A DNA stretch of 64,000 nt from an uncultured Verrucomicrobiae bacterium (GCA_963813025.1 CAWEXO010000013.1:576001-640000), one strand, 5' to 3'; shown: positions 50,550-60,643, counted from the stretch's first letter. Numbers and translations are program-made. Notes: generated by a model from the letters alone, not told the origin.

Positions 50550-51254
50550 TTAGGGGCTAGTCTTTTTAGCTTCTGCCTCGAACGCTTCCCGCTTCTGTAA
50601 AAGCGCGGCAATCTCCTTCTCCATGGCCGCGGGGCGCAGCTCGGAGGTAGGAGATACCCCGAGATGCCTGACCAGTTCTGGCGGACAAAACTTATTCAAA
50701 GCTTGAACACCGAACGCATACTTTGCCACATCCGCCAGGCCGGCTGCGGGATCGATCCGCTCTTTGAGCCATTCGACTACGGCAATGACGCGCTGAGCCC
50801 GGAGTGTTTCGGCCTGTTGTTGCAACAAGGTCTTTGCGCAATCAAGCCGGGTCCTAAGTTCTTCAGCGGCGGCCTGTCGTTTCTGGCTGGTCTTCTGCAA
50901 CCGCGATTGCAAAACACGGGTTCTGGCCTGAGCAACCGAAAGTTCAGCGACCAAGCTCTCCTCGTCCTCCCGCTCGTCATTGGTGAGACGCTCCTCGGCG
51001 GCCTTGGCTGAGGTAAGCTTGGCGTTCAATTCGGTTTCCTGGAGGGCGAGCTTCCGAAAAATGTCATGGGCCTTCTCCAACGTCAGCCAGACGTCGCCTG
51101 GATCGGCCGATTTTCGGAAGGGAATTGCCGGCACCTGAGGTGCATTAGCCAACAGTTCTGGAGGATAGGATGGAGGCGGAGCCTCGCGGACTGGGAGTGC
51201 CGGAGTTGATGGAACAATGGGTGGACGGACGGGGGATTCAGTCGTCGGGTTCAT
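50550..51254 (-). CDS. Hypothetical coiled-coil protein with Pro-rich N-terminus
   Basis: 234 aa ORF coupled to the upstream gene by ATGA overlap. Confidence 0.7.
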   Translation of the reverse strand: MNPTTESPVRPPIVPSTPALPVREAPPPSYPPELLANAPQVPAIPFRKSADPGDVWLTLEKAHDIFRKLALQETELNAKLTSAKAAEERLTNDEREDEESLVAELSVAQARTRVLQSRLQKTSQKRQAAAEELRTRLDCAKTLLQQQAETLRAQRVIAVVEWLKERIDPAAGLADVAKYAFGVQALNKFCPPELVRHLGVSPTSELRPAAMEKEIAALLQKREAFEAEAKKTSP

Positions 51255-51499
51255 TTGTTTCGAGCTGCTGCCTTTTTGAGAGAAGTAATAATCGGGGAAG
51301 GCTGCTTCGAGTTTTCGGCCCGGGTTGATCTCAGGTACTCGGCTTCGCTTTTGGGAAGCGTAGCTTTGCTTTTTACTGGAGGGCGGAGGCTAGCGGCGAT
51401 AAGCCGCCCGGCGTGATCGGCTGGGGAACGACCGAGCAACTGGGCGCCTTCGCGAAGCCGCTGGTAGTCGCTGCTCGATAGCTGGATGGTAAGTGTCAT
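51251..51499 (-). CDS. RHH-like small protein
   Basis: MTLTIQLSSSDYQRLREGAQLLGRSPADHAGRLI; ATGA overlaps on both sides. Confidence 0.7.
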   Translation of the reverse strand: MTLTIQLSSSDYQRLREGAQLLGRSPADHAGRLIAASLRPPVKSKATLPKSEAEYLRSTRAENSKQPSPIITSLKKAAARNK

Positions 51500-51729
51500 G
51501 AGTGGGATCTTTCTATTTTTGGGTTACAGGAAAACTTAATGGAGAGCCCCTCGAATTGGCCGGCCACTGAGGAAGGCAGCAGCCAGGCCTGGAGACTGAC
51601 GGTACCGCTTTCCCGATAAAGCACGCCAACGAAATCAGGCTGCCAAAGTTCGGTTTTGGAAGACTTCCGATTGAGCCTTATTGTGCAGGCATCCAGGCTT
51701 TCGAAGAGCCGTGGGAAACTTGTTTTCAC
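51496..51729 (-). CDS. Hypothetical protein
   Basis: Coupled by 4-nt overlaps; QPDFVG motif. Confidence 0.6.
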   Translation of the reverse strand: MKTSFPRLFESLDACTIRLNRKSSKTELWQPDFVGVLYRESGTVSLQAWLLPSSVAGQFEGLSIKFSCNPKIERSHS

Positions 51730-52211
51730 AAAGAGTTTCGTTTCAGCTCCTCGCTGAAAGCGGTCCTGAAGGTTTTCAGGTACGCCTCATCAAAAGTGGC
51801 GTAACGCTGAGTATCTAGTTCGGCCCGATCATTGTCAGAAATTACGGCGGCAAAGTAAACCGACCCTTCTTCTGGTGGGACGACCTCGTAGATTTGCACT
51901 TCGTGACTTGGCGAATTCCACCGGGAACGCCAGAGGGCGTTGTCACGCGTGAAGGTGAGCTGACGCCTCCGCTGTGCGAGTACAGCTCGGATCAGGGTGC
52001 GATTAATCTGGCCGGAGTAGACCGGGCCGTGCGCCGAGGAAAGCACGCCGGTTAGCTCAAAACTGGTGCAACCTTCGTAGAGGTTACCGCACTCAGGGCC
52101 GAGACACCTCCCAGTCATTCGGTCACTGGCCTCGTCATAGGAAAACTCAAAAACAGATCCGCATCTCGTGCAGGTGCGGAGGGTTCTGTAACTCCAGGCT
52201 TGGGTGGACAT
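51726..52211 (-). CDS. Hypothetical protein with N-terminal CxxC...CxxxxC zinc ribbon
   Basis: CTRCG...CLGPECG. Confidence 0.65.
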   Translation of the reverse strand: MSTQAWSYRTLRTCTRCGSVFEFSYDEASDRMTGRCLGPECGNLYEGCTSFELTGVLSSAHGPVYSGQINRTLIRAVLAQRRRQLTFTRDNALWRSRWNSPSHEVQIYEVVPPEEGSVYFAAVISDNDRAELDTQRYATFDEAYLKTFRTAFSEELKRNSL

Positions 52212-52690
52212 AGGGATTTTTTGTGGGTTTGTGGGGTTTAGGATGGTCTATGGAAATTGGTACGAGTTCGGTTTTGGGCAGTCATGACTTTATGATCAGT
52301 GCTCGTCCGCCTCCATAATGCGTTACGCACGGCCTCTGACACATGCTTTGTACGCAAAGCTCTTCTTCGCGCTCGATGTTTGGCGGGACATAGCCACTAG
52401 CCGCTATGGTCACCGGCTTAGTAAGACCTCTTAAGATAAGGTCCTCAGCTGGCAGTGATGCTGGCACTGAACCGCGAAATCTTTCGGCGAGGCCAAGGCA
52501 ACAGCAAAAAGGCCAGGAGCTGGCCAAGGAAGAGACGACGTTTTACTTGCTTTGTTCTCATAGGGTAGAAACGAGTGAACTGACTGAATAGGGTCTTTCA
52601 TGCTGATGGCGGTGGAAGGCGACCATTCAAAAACTGAACCAGCCCGGATTAGGGCATCGCGCGTTTGGTCGAAACATCAGCCTCGGGGGT

Positions 52691-52891
52691 TTAGCGTTTC
52701 TCAATCCAGAGCGCCAGACTTTGGAAAACAAGGTGGCGCAACAGGAGCAGCTCCTTAAGTTCAGCGCGGTCCAACGAGCGTTGGAATTTCAGAGTGGTCA
52801 GTTCTTTGAACCGATCGTAGCGCTCCACGAAGGAGCGGGAATCCGCATCACTCCGGGTTCGTAACTCGCTCACGACGGTGGGTTCGGGCAT
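52691..52891 (-). CDS. Small hypothetical protein
   Basis: MPEPTVVSELRTRSD...; probable start is internal to the longer ORF-track call. Confidence 0.45.
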   Translation of the reverse strand: MPEPTVVSELRTRSDADSRSFVERYDRFKELTTLKFQRSLDRAELKELLLLRHLVFQSLALWIEKR

Positions 52892-53080
52892 GTTCCACAA
52901 GAATGTTCCATAAAGAACGCGGTTAGACAAAGAAGAGAAGGAAAGAAGAGATCCTTCCCACTTAAGCTTCTCCACTTTAGTAAATAGTAATAGAAGAGAA
53001 GAATAAGAAAGAAACAAGGAACGGGGTACGTCTTCCCGAAGCTGCCGGGAAGGTACCTGCACGAAGCTGGCGGGAAGGTA

Positions 53081-53413
53081 TCACTCCCAGGGCAGTTTCC
53101 AATTCAGGGTTATTTTTGGATTTTTGCCATTTGTCCGTTCCCACGTAATGGCTCTGTATTTTTTCAACACCTGCAACGCTTTTTGTTTTTGATTCTTTGA
53201 GATTCTGTAGGGACGCAGGCTTTCTGAGGTGAGAGCGATGGGATTTTTATGTTTCCAGTCCAAGTAACACGTTTCGTAGAGCACCAAGAGGACAGTCAAG
53301 GCGGGCATGTAGCCACTCGCAATGATTGTAAGCAGGACCGATTTCGGAAGCGTCAAGCGCTCCAACTTTCGATATTTCGAGGAACTCACAATCTCCGCAT
53401 GATTTCGTCCCAC
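53081..53413 (-). CDS. Winged-helix-like protein downstream of PolA
   Basis: PIALTSESL...ISKNQKQKALQVLKKYRAITWERTNGKNPKITL. Confidence 0.65.
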   Translation of the reverse strand: MGRNHAEIVSSSKYRKLERLTLPKSVLLTIIASGYMPALTVLLVLYETCYLDWKHKNPIALTSESLRPYRISKNQKQKALQVLKKYRAITWERTNGKNPKITLNWKLPWE

Positions 53414-55098
53414 ATGGGTTTGCCCTTCTTTTTCATGTAGCGGTCTGGATACCGAACGAGGGTCGACTCCACTCGCAGTTGGTAGCCGTCCAGAACCATG
53501 GCGGAGGCTTTCCCCATGCAGGCCTGCAGTGCATCTACGACAGTTTCAATCTCGGCGGCCGGCGCTACCACAGCCATGGCATCATGCATCAAACCGCAGA
53601 CGGGGAGTTCAGCTTCCGTCGCAAAGATGGCCGCCAGCCGCAGCATGTCGCCAGCGTTGCCCTGGCTGTGATAATTGCCGGCAGCCCGGGCATTGCAGCT
53701 GGCGTCGGTGATGCGTTTACGCCAGCCGAAGGTGGTAAATTGAAAGGTATGGATAAAGGCGTGATTCTTGACGTCCTCCAGCCACTCCCAGTAGCGCGGG
53801 AAAATCTCCCGATGCAGGCGCAGCAACCGCCTGGCTACCGTTTGTGGTTGTCCCAGCTGGCCGGCGAGGGTTTGGTCGTGAATCTCGTACTGAGTGCCAA
53901 GGATGCAGGGTTTGTAACGCTCACGCAGCTCCTCGTGAGTCTCCTTGGTCACGCCGGGCGGAGCATCTCCGACCTCCATGGCAAACCACAGGTAGATATC
54001 GGGACTTTCGTAAGCCCGGATCATGTTGGGATCGCCGGAGAGCACTGCGGCAATGCCAAACTCCTGAGCCACCCAGTCCAGGACAGCGAAGGTTTCGCCC
54101 GGCGCCGGTTTAACTAAGCCGCGCAGCCACGAGGGAGCGCCGAGAATGGATTTGGCAGGCGAGGGCATGTTACGGCCCGTGATTGTCCAGAATGGGTTCA
54201 TGTACGCGCGATTGCAGCCATCCGAACCGACAGGAAAATCTAAAAGTCGCGTTTTGGAGAGAATGCCTCGCAGGTAGCGCAACTTCAGAAGCTGGGGATA
54301 AACTCGAGCCCGTTCTTCAAAAGCCTCGTCATCCAGGCGAAGTGTGCCGCTTTTAAGAACCGGCCATTCAATGCCTTCTCGCGTCAGGTACTCAACAAAT
54401 TTGTTCGTGTTAAACGAAGCGCCTTCATAAACTCCGTAGTCTCGATCGACTTCGGCAATCAACTCTTGTTTAATCCGTGACATCTCTTCCCGGAGACGAT
54501 CGCGCAGCGGTTCATCAAAAGGTACGCCGACTCGCTCAATCCAAGCCAGGCTGTACATGTAGCGTCCGCGCAGAGTGGCTCGGGGGAGGTCCAACAGAGG
54601 CAACATCTTTCTAAAAAGCTCCGCAGTTTCATCCACGTCACTTTCGCAATAATCCAGAATTTCCTGGCGTTCTTCCGAGCTCCAAGGTCCGCCACGCAAG
54701 ACCAGATCTCGCTTCGCGGCCTTTTCTTCTTTGGTGATCGCGACAATGCCGAAGTCCACTAGAGCCCGTAACAGGGAAGTTGGCGTGGGCTTCTTCGTCT
54801 GGCCGTTTATGAGCCAGCGATATTCGCTATAGAGATCCAGAATGCACTGCGGTTTGGCCCAGCCAAGCGCCAGGTGACAGGAAGCTTCGGCGCTTGTCTG
54901 GTATGATACAAAGAGGGAACCTGGCCCTATATCGTAGGGTGGACGGTCCTCAAATTCCGTGTACCAAAGTTTGATTTTCCGGTTCGAGCGCAGTTCGCGC
55001 GCGACCAAACAGATCGGCTGCACATTACCGTTGCCTTGCGGAATAAACTCAAAGTCAGCAATGGTAATGTGCCGGAACCGATCGAGCAGGAAGGACAC
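53386..55098 (-). CDS. Family A DNA polymerase with N-terminal 3'-5' exonuclease-like domain
   Basis: ADFEF (ExoI), YCESDV (ExoIII), TITGRN, LDWVAQEF (motif A), RERYK..ILGTQY (motif B), MHDA (motif C). Confidence 0.92.
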   Translation of the reverse strand: MSFLLDRFRHITIADFEFIPQGNGNVQPICLVARELRSNRKIKLWYTEFEDRPPYDIGPGSLFVSYQTSAEASCHLALGWAKPQCILDLYSEYRWLINGQTKKPTPTSLLRALVDFGIVAITKEEKAAKRDLVLRGGPWSSEERQEILDYCESDVDETAELFRKMLPLLDLPRATLRGRYMYSLAWIERVGVPFDEPLRDRLREEMSRIKQELIAEVDRDYGVYEGASFNTNKFVEYLTREGIEWPVLKSGTLRLDDEAFEERARVYPQLLKLRYLRGILSKTRLLDFPVGSDGCNRAYMNPFWTITGRNMPSPAKSILGAPSWLRGLVKPAPGETFAVLDWVAQEFGIAAVLSGDPNMIRAYESPDIYLWFAMEVGDAPPGVTKETHEELRERYKPCILGTQYEIHDQTLAGQLGQPQTVARRLLRLHREIFPRYWEWLEDVKNHAFIHTFQFTTFGWRKRITDASCNARAAGNYHSQGNAGDMLRLAAIFATEAELPVCGLMHDAMAVVAPAAEIETVVDALQACMGKASAMVLDGYQLRVESTLVRYPDRYMKKKGKPMWDEIMRRL

Positions 55099-55105
55099 GC
55101 TTGCC

Positions 55106-55834
55106 CTACTCCACGCCAGCCAGGTTCTGCATGATCGGATGTTCCATGGAATCGATCACCCGATTCTTGAAGGCTAGCCGCAGAATTTCGCCAAAAGATA
55201 CCTCCGGCCAAATCGGTTCGGGCATCTTTCCGTTAGGCCGGACATAGGCATAACAGCCGCCTTCGGCATAGACACGCAACCATTCGGTTTTGCACATATC
55301 GGCAATCTCTCTGGCGGTTCTCCAATAATCATTGTCCCTGGCCCCATCCAGGGGGAGGCGTATTTTCCAGACGAAAGGCTTTTCCGCGTGGCGCTCCAAA
55401 GCCAGACAAAGAATGACACTTTTCATGAGCACCTTGTATTCCTCTGCCAGCTCCTGCAAAAAGGGAGGAGAAATCAGGTAGGTATCCCTTTCCATCCCTG
55501 CCTCATCGGTGTCTTCAAAGATGTAAGTCAGGTGCTGATAGTCTTCCCCGGGATGCACCCGACAAAAGGAGCCAGGCCGCGGAACTTTTCTAATGCTGTA
55601 GCTGGTGACTAACTTCTTAGCCGGGGCTTTTAGCGTTGCCTGGCTCAAACGCATGTTGACCGGGTCGAATGGGTCAAATGCGGGTTTTGGTTCGCTGCGT
55701 GAAGCTTCAACCGGTTCTGGCTGAGCCGACGGACTTACTTCGGATATGTGGTTTTGGGCGCCATCCGAGCTGAATGTATCAAAACTAACTGTCTCGCGTT
55801 TTTTCATAAAAGTTAGATTGCCGGGGGTTTTCAC
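55106..55834 (-). CDS. Hypothetical protein directly upstream of PolA (possible replication accessory)
   Basis: 242 aa ORF, aromatic-rich (IRK.P...FCRVHP, W.R, P.WPE..F.EILRLAF..RVI); function inferred from position only. Confidence 0.7.
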   Translation of the reverse strand: MKTPGNLTFMKKRETVSFDTFSSDGAQNHISEVSPSAQPEPVEASRSEPKPAFDPFDPVNMRLSQATLKAPAKKLVTSYSIRKVPRPGSFCRVHPGEDYQHLTYIFEDTDEAGMERDTYLISPPFLQELAEEYKVLMKSVILCLALERHAEKPFVWKIRLPLDGARDNDYWRTAREIADMCKTEWLRVYAEGGCYAYVRPNGKMPEPIWPEVSFGEILRLAFKNRVIDSMEHPIMQNLAGVE

Positions 55835-55837
55835 TGA

Positions 55838-56191
55838 TTAGGTTTGAAACTCTAGCTGCCGCCCATCCCGTTTAGCCTTGCGCGGCCTGCGGGGCAGCTC
55901 GTAAAGCGTAAACACTTCGGGTAGGAGACAGGAGCAGCTCACCGCGGTAGGTATCCACCACCGGTGGTTCTCGTTCGTAATTCGGGAGTCTGCTCGCGCC
56001 GCAAATAATACGACGAGCGGCTGCTGGCACTTATCGCAGCTAAGTTCCCGGTGCTTGTTCTCTCTCCAGCAGGGAAGAGAATTAAGCAGCGCAAACTGGG
56101 TGCCGCGGACTTCTAAGAATTCTGGTCTTTTAACGGTAACACGTTTCATAATTATTGGTTTTCTTCCCCCTCTGGGAACCCTCCCTCTCAA
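55838..56191 (-). CDS. Hypothetical Cys-containing protein
   Basis: CDKC...CSC; co-oriented in the operon. Confidence 0.55.
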   Translation of the reverse strand: MRGRVPRGGRKPIIMKRVTVKRPEFLEVRGTQFALLNSLPCWRENKHRELSCDKCQQPLVVLFAARADSRITNENHRWWIPTAVSCSCLLPEVFTLYELPRRPRKAKRDGRQLEFQT

Positions 56192-56556
56192 GGGCGCTCA
56201 CTATCATCTTTTCTGAGACTGTTTAAGATAGGTCCTGTCGTGCGATTAAACCGGGTACCATATGCTCGCTTGCCTGCCCATCGCCTTCTGGTGAGTTCCT
56301 CGACCTTTGATTTTAGTTCCGCCAAGTCGTCGCTGAACATGCTCCAGAGAGGAGCGGCCAATTCCGGGAGCCTTTTCGGAACGCCGATAAAGATGCACTG
56401 GAAGCGTTCTCCCGGTTCACCTGAACTTTCTTTTGTGTAGAACTCGAACAATCCATTTCGCGTTTCGACGGCGGGTTCTGGCAGTAGCGGGCGATAGCCG
56501 TCCAAAATAGTGGCGTTAGTAAATCTCATAGGCTCTCTCCGTTCTTTGCTTGTCAT
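56188..56556 (-). CDS. Hypothetical protein
   Basis: 122 aa co-oriented ORF. Confidence 0.55.
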   Translation of the reverse strand: MTSKERREPMRFTNATILDGYRPLLPEPAVETRNGLFEFYTKESSGEPGERFQCIFIGVPKRLPELAAPLWSMFSDDLAELKSKVEELTRRRWAGKRAYGTRFNRTTGPILNSLRKDDSERP

Positions 56557-56644
56557 GGATAATTTCTGATTTCGGCTCCTAAGTTTCGGCCGCTATCTTC
56601 GATGATGAAAACGGCTGAGCCGCTCCAGAGTAGTTCCAGGGAGC

Positions 56645-57469
56645 TCATGCCGCCTCTCCTTCTAACAATCTTCGGATAACGACTTGCTGGTGACTTTCGC
56701 GTTCCTGTACGTGTTCCAGCGGTTCAGGCAAAAGTTTTTCCAGTCGATTGCGTAAAATCTCGACGATGATTCGTTGACTCAAGGCTTCGGTTTCTACCGC
56801 TTCGTGTTGCCCGCCGTCCTTGTAACGACGATCCTGCTTGATAATGACAGGGAGCTGGTATCGCTCGACCTGTTCCAGCATGAGCGCTAGTCGTTCCCAG
56901 CACAGTTCGCCTACTTCACGTTCCAGTACGCGCCAAGTATTCTGCTCAATCAAATTTCCGCATAGGTCGTAGTCGCCCAGATAAATTACCTGATGAGAAG
57001 GACGCAGAATCGGGGCGATATCCGTGTGAAGAAATCCTCCACATTGACCATTGGTTGGAGCAATCCGGACGCCGTAATGGCGGGCGACTGCGCGTAAGAC
57101 ACCAGCGAGCGAGCGGCTTTCAGTAAGGATTAAGGGGGCGTTACCGTTCCACGGATCAAGCCGCGCTGCTGACAACACCCCTAGTACCCATTCTCTGACC
57201 GTAGTTGAACCGGTGAAGTCTTCCAGAGATCGGGTTTCATCCACGATCCAGTCCCAAGGAATGGCGCCGGACTCACGCAAGTCCGTCAGCGCATCGCTCA
57301 TATCTTGGTCCGGCCGTCGGCCCGCACCCGCCTTCTTCTCTTTAGAAACGACTCCGCGCGTGATCAGCTCATAGTACAAGAACCGCGGCGAGGTCGGGAG
57401 CGCCTGGTCGTGCTCGTGCTCCTTTACTAGCTCAAACAACGCGTCGCGTAGCCTGCCAATTTTGCTCAC
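56645..57469 (-). CDS. wHTH + TOPRIM protein (topoisomerase VI-A/Spo11-like architecture)
   Basis: SPRFLYYELI, LRESGAIPWDWIVDETR, ILTES..LAGVL, IYLGDYD..G, VETEAL. Confidence 0.75.
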   Translation of the reverse strand: MSKIGRLRDALFELVKEHEHDQALPTSPRFLYYELITRGVVSKEKKAGAGRRPDQDMSDALTDLRESGAIPWDWIVDETRSLEDFTGSTTVREWVLGVLSAARLDPWNGNAPLILTESRSLAGVLRAVARHYGVRIAPTNGQCGGFLHTDIAPILRPSHQVIYLGDYDLCGNLIEQNTWRVLEREVGELCWERLALMLEQVERYQLPVIIKQDRRYKDGGQHEAVETEALSQRIIVEILRNRLEKLLPEPLEHVQERESHQQVVIRRLLEGEAA

Positions 57470-57502
57470 TCACTTCCTCCTTGGCCTGAGACCGTCCACC
57501 AG

Positions 57503-58099
57503 TTAAGGGGTCAAAACTCGTTCGGCAGGGTCATAGTAGCGGGTGCTCGAATCAGTGGCTCGCGAAGCGGCTCCCAGACTTGATCCGTTTTGCTTAACTG
57601 GTGGACACTGACCCCCTTTATTTCGCCATCTGCGTTTCTTTGCTGTATCGGTCACCTTCCGACGCCTGATCCGACACTTGGCGCAGTACCGTTTTCGGGG
57701 TTCGATTCGGTGTTTTCCGCAGTCTGGGCACCGCCGGGTTATCGGCTGAACAACTACGGTCTCCGGGAAAGCCTCGCGATAGAGCTGTGCCGCTTCCCGA
57801 AATGTTTTGCCTTGGGTGAATGTTGGCCAATCCCGCTCGCCCCGCTTTTCCATCGGCAGGACGCTTTCTTCGAAGTACGGACAACGTTGGCCCAGGGCGA
57901 GCAGACATCGGCTGCCGGCCTTCTGCCACCGGAAGTGGCAGGCAGTTAGGAGATCTACGCCTGTCCCGAGACAGGTGCCGTCGGAACAAAAATTCACGCA
58001 ATGCGTTTTAGCCTGGTAAAAAACGGACCGCAGCTTCTGGGCGTGGCCATTAGCGGACGGGGCTGGGCCCACCGCGTTTGCTTGGCCAAGACAGCTCAT
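57503..58099 (-). CDS. Cys-rich putative zinc-binding protein
   Basis: HCVN, RCPYFEESVLP, CPDCG....RKRYCAKC. Confidence 0.65.
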   Translation of the reverse strand: MSCLGQANAVGPAPSANGHAQKLRSVFYQAKTHCVNFCSDGTCLGTGVDLLTACHFRWQKAGSRCLLALGQRCPYFEESVLPMEKRGERDWPTFTQGKTFREAAQLYREAFPETVVVQPITRRCPDCGKHRIEPRKRYCAKCRIRRRKVTDTAKKRRWRNKGGQCPPVKQNGSSLGAASRATDSSTRYYDPAERVLTP

Positions 58100-58395
58100 A
58101 AACGCACCTCTTGGTCCCGACATGCGGGATTGCGTTTCGGAGAACGAGACCTGGGCGGGAAGACTTCCCGCTTGGTTGGTTTAAGTTGCACTGAGGCAAC
58201 GATGGGGGTATTTGACATCGCGTTTCTTTCTTCGGGTCGTGATTCTTTGCTGGGTCACGACCCCTTTTTTCTTTGTGAGGCGGAATTTGGTTCCGGCTCC
58301 GCCTCGTTTGGACCGGTGCCAGCAGGGTGCTGGCGAAATGGTCAAGTCCGCGGCTCATTTTGTTTTAAGGCAAGGGAACCTTCGAGATCTGAGGA

Positions 58396-58620
58396 TTATT
58401 CTGCGATCGATGCGCAAACGATTTCGCTTTCCAGATAGCGCCGCACCTGCTCGGCATCGTAAAAAAAGGACCGGTAGCCATCCTTTCTGTAGTCTATTAA
58501 TCGGAGTTTGCGCAGCGTATCAAGTTTCCACGGCGAACACCCTGTGTCCGCACAGAGGCGAAGCGTTTCGGCCTTCGAGCTCCACTTACGTTTTGAAGGA
58601 GTCATGGTTGGTAAATTCAA
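58396..58620 (-). CDS. Excisionase/AlpA-like small HTH protein
   Basis: LDTLRKLRLIDYRKDGYRSFFYDAEQVRRYL; divergent from the XRE gene. Confidence 0.7.
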   Translation of the reverse strand: MNLPTMTPSKRKWSSKAETLRLCADTGCSPWKLDTLRKLRLIDYRKDGYRSFFYDAEQVRRYLESEIVCASIAE

Positions 58621-58734
58621 TTTTCAGTCGAGAGATAGAACAACAGATTAGCAACGACTGCACAAGAAATATTTTGAAAGATCCTAATATTGCTATCTGA
58701 TTCCTTTTAATCCTTGTATTCGTAGGACAATGGA

Positions 58735-59595
58735 GTGACTCTTGCGCTGAAAGTCATGCCACGTAGACCTGCTCAATCACACGTCTTGCGCACGGTCCGG
58801 GAACGGGCGGGTTTAACTCAGCGCGTTCTTGCGGACCGGATTGGATGCACTCCGGGAATGCTGCAGCAGTTCGAGAATGGAAGGGCGCGACTCTCGGAGA
58901 AACTGGCGAAACGAATCTCCTTTGAACTCGGCTGTGATTGGAGCCAGCTCCTGGACAACATGGAGCCGGAAAGGCCGATAGTGCCTTCCGGCGAAGAATT
59001 TACGACCGAATTCTATCGCACGTACGTCAGAAGCGGCTTCGCGGAACAATCGCAGGCGGACGGGGATGGCCAAGCGATTGGGTTTATGGTCCAAGCAATT
59101 TTAGATGCTGCTAATCAGGAGGGGCGTTATCGAAGCGTTACGGCATCGCTTTTCAGCGTGCTCAGGGACTTCATAAAGGAGCTAAGACTAGGACAAAGCA
59201 TATACGAGCTGCTGAAAAACTACGGCATGGGCGTACAAGGCCAGAACCCTAAAACCGATTTTCTAACTCGGTCCTGGTCTGCTGAAGACCACGTTCGCCA
59301 GGCTCTTGAGACGCTGACCTGGATCGGGCGTGACCCACAAATACGAGCTAATCGAGACCAGGTCAGGCCGCACCTGTACAAAATTCTTGAGTTTCGAGCC
59401 GCTACGCAGCCTTCGGCGGAAAAATCGACCAATACGCCTTCGCGGCCTTGGGAGTCACCCGATGACGATAAAAACGCTGAAACAAGCGCAATCCGCCCGA
59501 GTGCCCCATCGACTGAGCCGTTGCCGCGTCGTTCTGGCCGTAAACGGAGTGATAAGAGCCGTACGAGTGCCGGAGCGCATCCTGCGGCCACCTGA
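58735..59595 (+). CDS. XRE-family HTH transcriptional regulator (repressor-like)
   Basis: LRTVRERAGLTQRVLADRIGCTPGMLQQFENG. Confidence 0.85.
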   Translation: MTLALKVMPRRPAQSHVLRTVRERAGLTQRVLADRIGCTPGMLQQFENGRARLSEKLAKRISFELGCDWSQLLDNMEPERPIVPSGEEFTTEFYRTYVRSGFAEQSQADGDGQAIGFMVQAILDAANQEGRYRSVTASLFSVLRDFIKELRLGQSIYELLKNYGMGVQGQNPKTDFLTRSWSAEDHVRQALETLTWIGRDPQIRANRDQVRPHLYKILEFRAATQPSAEKSTNTPSRPWESPDDDKNAETSAIRPSAPSTEPLPRRSGRKRSDKSRTSAGAHPAAT

Positions 59596-60643
59596 GGAGA
59601 TTGGAGGCGTCAATTCCGCGCGCACCGAGTTGTTCAGCCGCGCGCTCCCGAGCAATCGCTAAATGCGCAAGGTAAGCGTCGTCCTTTAAACCGACGAACT
59701 CCTGACCTTGATGTTCAGGCGCATAACGTTTGAGCCAAGCCAACAGGTTGTCTTCGATATGGATAAAGCGGTGAGAGCCGACATTTTTGCTTTTGTCGAT
59801 TGTAATCTGACGTGTTTTGAGATCGATCGCAGACCATCGCATAGGAATTATCTCACTTTCTGGTCGACATCCGGCAAAAGCTCCCAAACAGATGGCCGGG
59901 ACAATCTGCGGACTGGCTGCAGACAGAAGCGCTTTTAATTCCGCTGGGGTGAGGATGCCGGGGCGTTTGGGCGGTATGGTGGCTGTTTCAACATCCGGTA
60001 TCGGATTTTTGACGATATATCCACGTTTTCGGGCGTGACTGAAAAAGACGCCCAGACACTGACGGTACCCCTTGCGGGTGGTTGGAGCCAACTCGAGTGA
60101 GCGCAACCAATCGTCAATCTCTGCAGATGAAATTTCATGCATCGGGCGTGGACTAAAAGCATTGACAAAACGAGTCACCTTGAGTCGGAAATCCTTCAGA
60201 TAACGAGTGGCGGCACCATCCTGCTTCTTGTATTCCAGTGCCTCGGCCAAGATCGCCTCGAGCGGCTTTGAATTGGTACGCAGCGGTAATCCGTTGCGGA
60301 GATAGAAATCAATACACTGGCTCAAAGTCACATCGTGAGATTGCAACCGTGCGAAGGCGCGGCGAGCCTCTTCTTCCTGGCTGGGTGTCAGCTCAATCAG
60401 CGACTGCTGCCCATGATTCATCTGACGTTTGCGCACCTGTTCGGCTTCATGCCGGGCTCGGGCTTCGCTGGGATAAGAGTTGCGCACTCGCCTTAGCTTG
60501 CCGGTCAGAGGATCCGGTATCCGGCCGAGATCGACGCACCATGAAGCGGTGCCGCTTTTGTTCTTAATCGGATAAACGACTGGCCACTCCCGATTGATCG
60601 GGGAGCGCCCTTTCTGTGGCGATTTGTTCTTCTGACGGCCCAT
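59402..60643 (-). CDS. Tyrosine integrase of the tRNA-Tyr element
   Basis: FAGCRPESE, SKN, DALRHSYGSY, MGHSG, RFY; start chosen at ATG 60643 inside attR. Confidence 0.93.
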   Translation of the reverse strand: MGRQKNKSPQKGRSPINREWPVVYPIKNKSGTASWCVDLGRIPDPLTGKLRRVRNSYPSEARARHEAEQVRKRQMNHGQQSLIELTPSQEEEARRAFARLQSHDVTLSQCIDFYLRNGLPLRTNSKPLEAILAEALEYKKQDGAATRYLKDFRLKVTRFVNAFSPRPMHEISSAEIDDWLRSLELAPTTRKGYRQCLGVFFSHARKRGYIVKNPIPDVETATIPPKRPGILTPAELKALLSAASPQIVPAICLGAFAGCRPESEIIPMRWSAIDLKTRQITIDKSKNVGSHRFIHIEDNLLAWLKRYAPEHQGQEFVGLKDDAYLAHLAIARERAAEQLGARGIDASNLLRWPQDALRHSYGSYHSVYGQNDAATAQSMGHSGGLRLFQRFYRHRVTPKAAKAYWSIFPPKAA

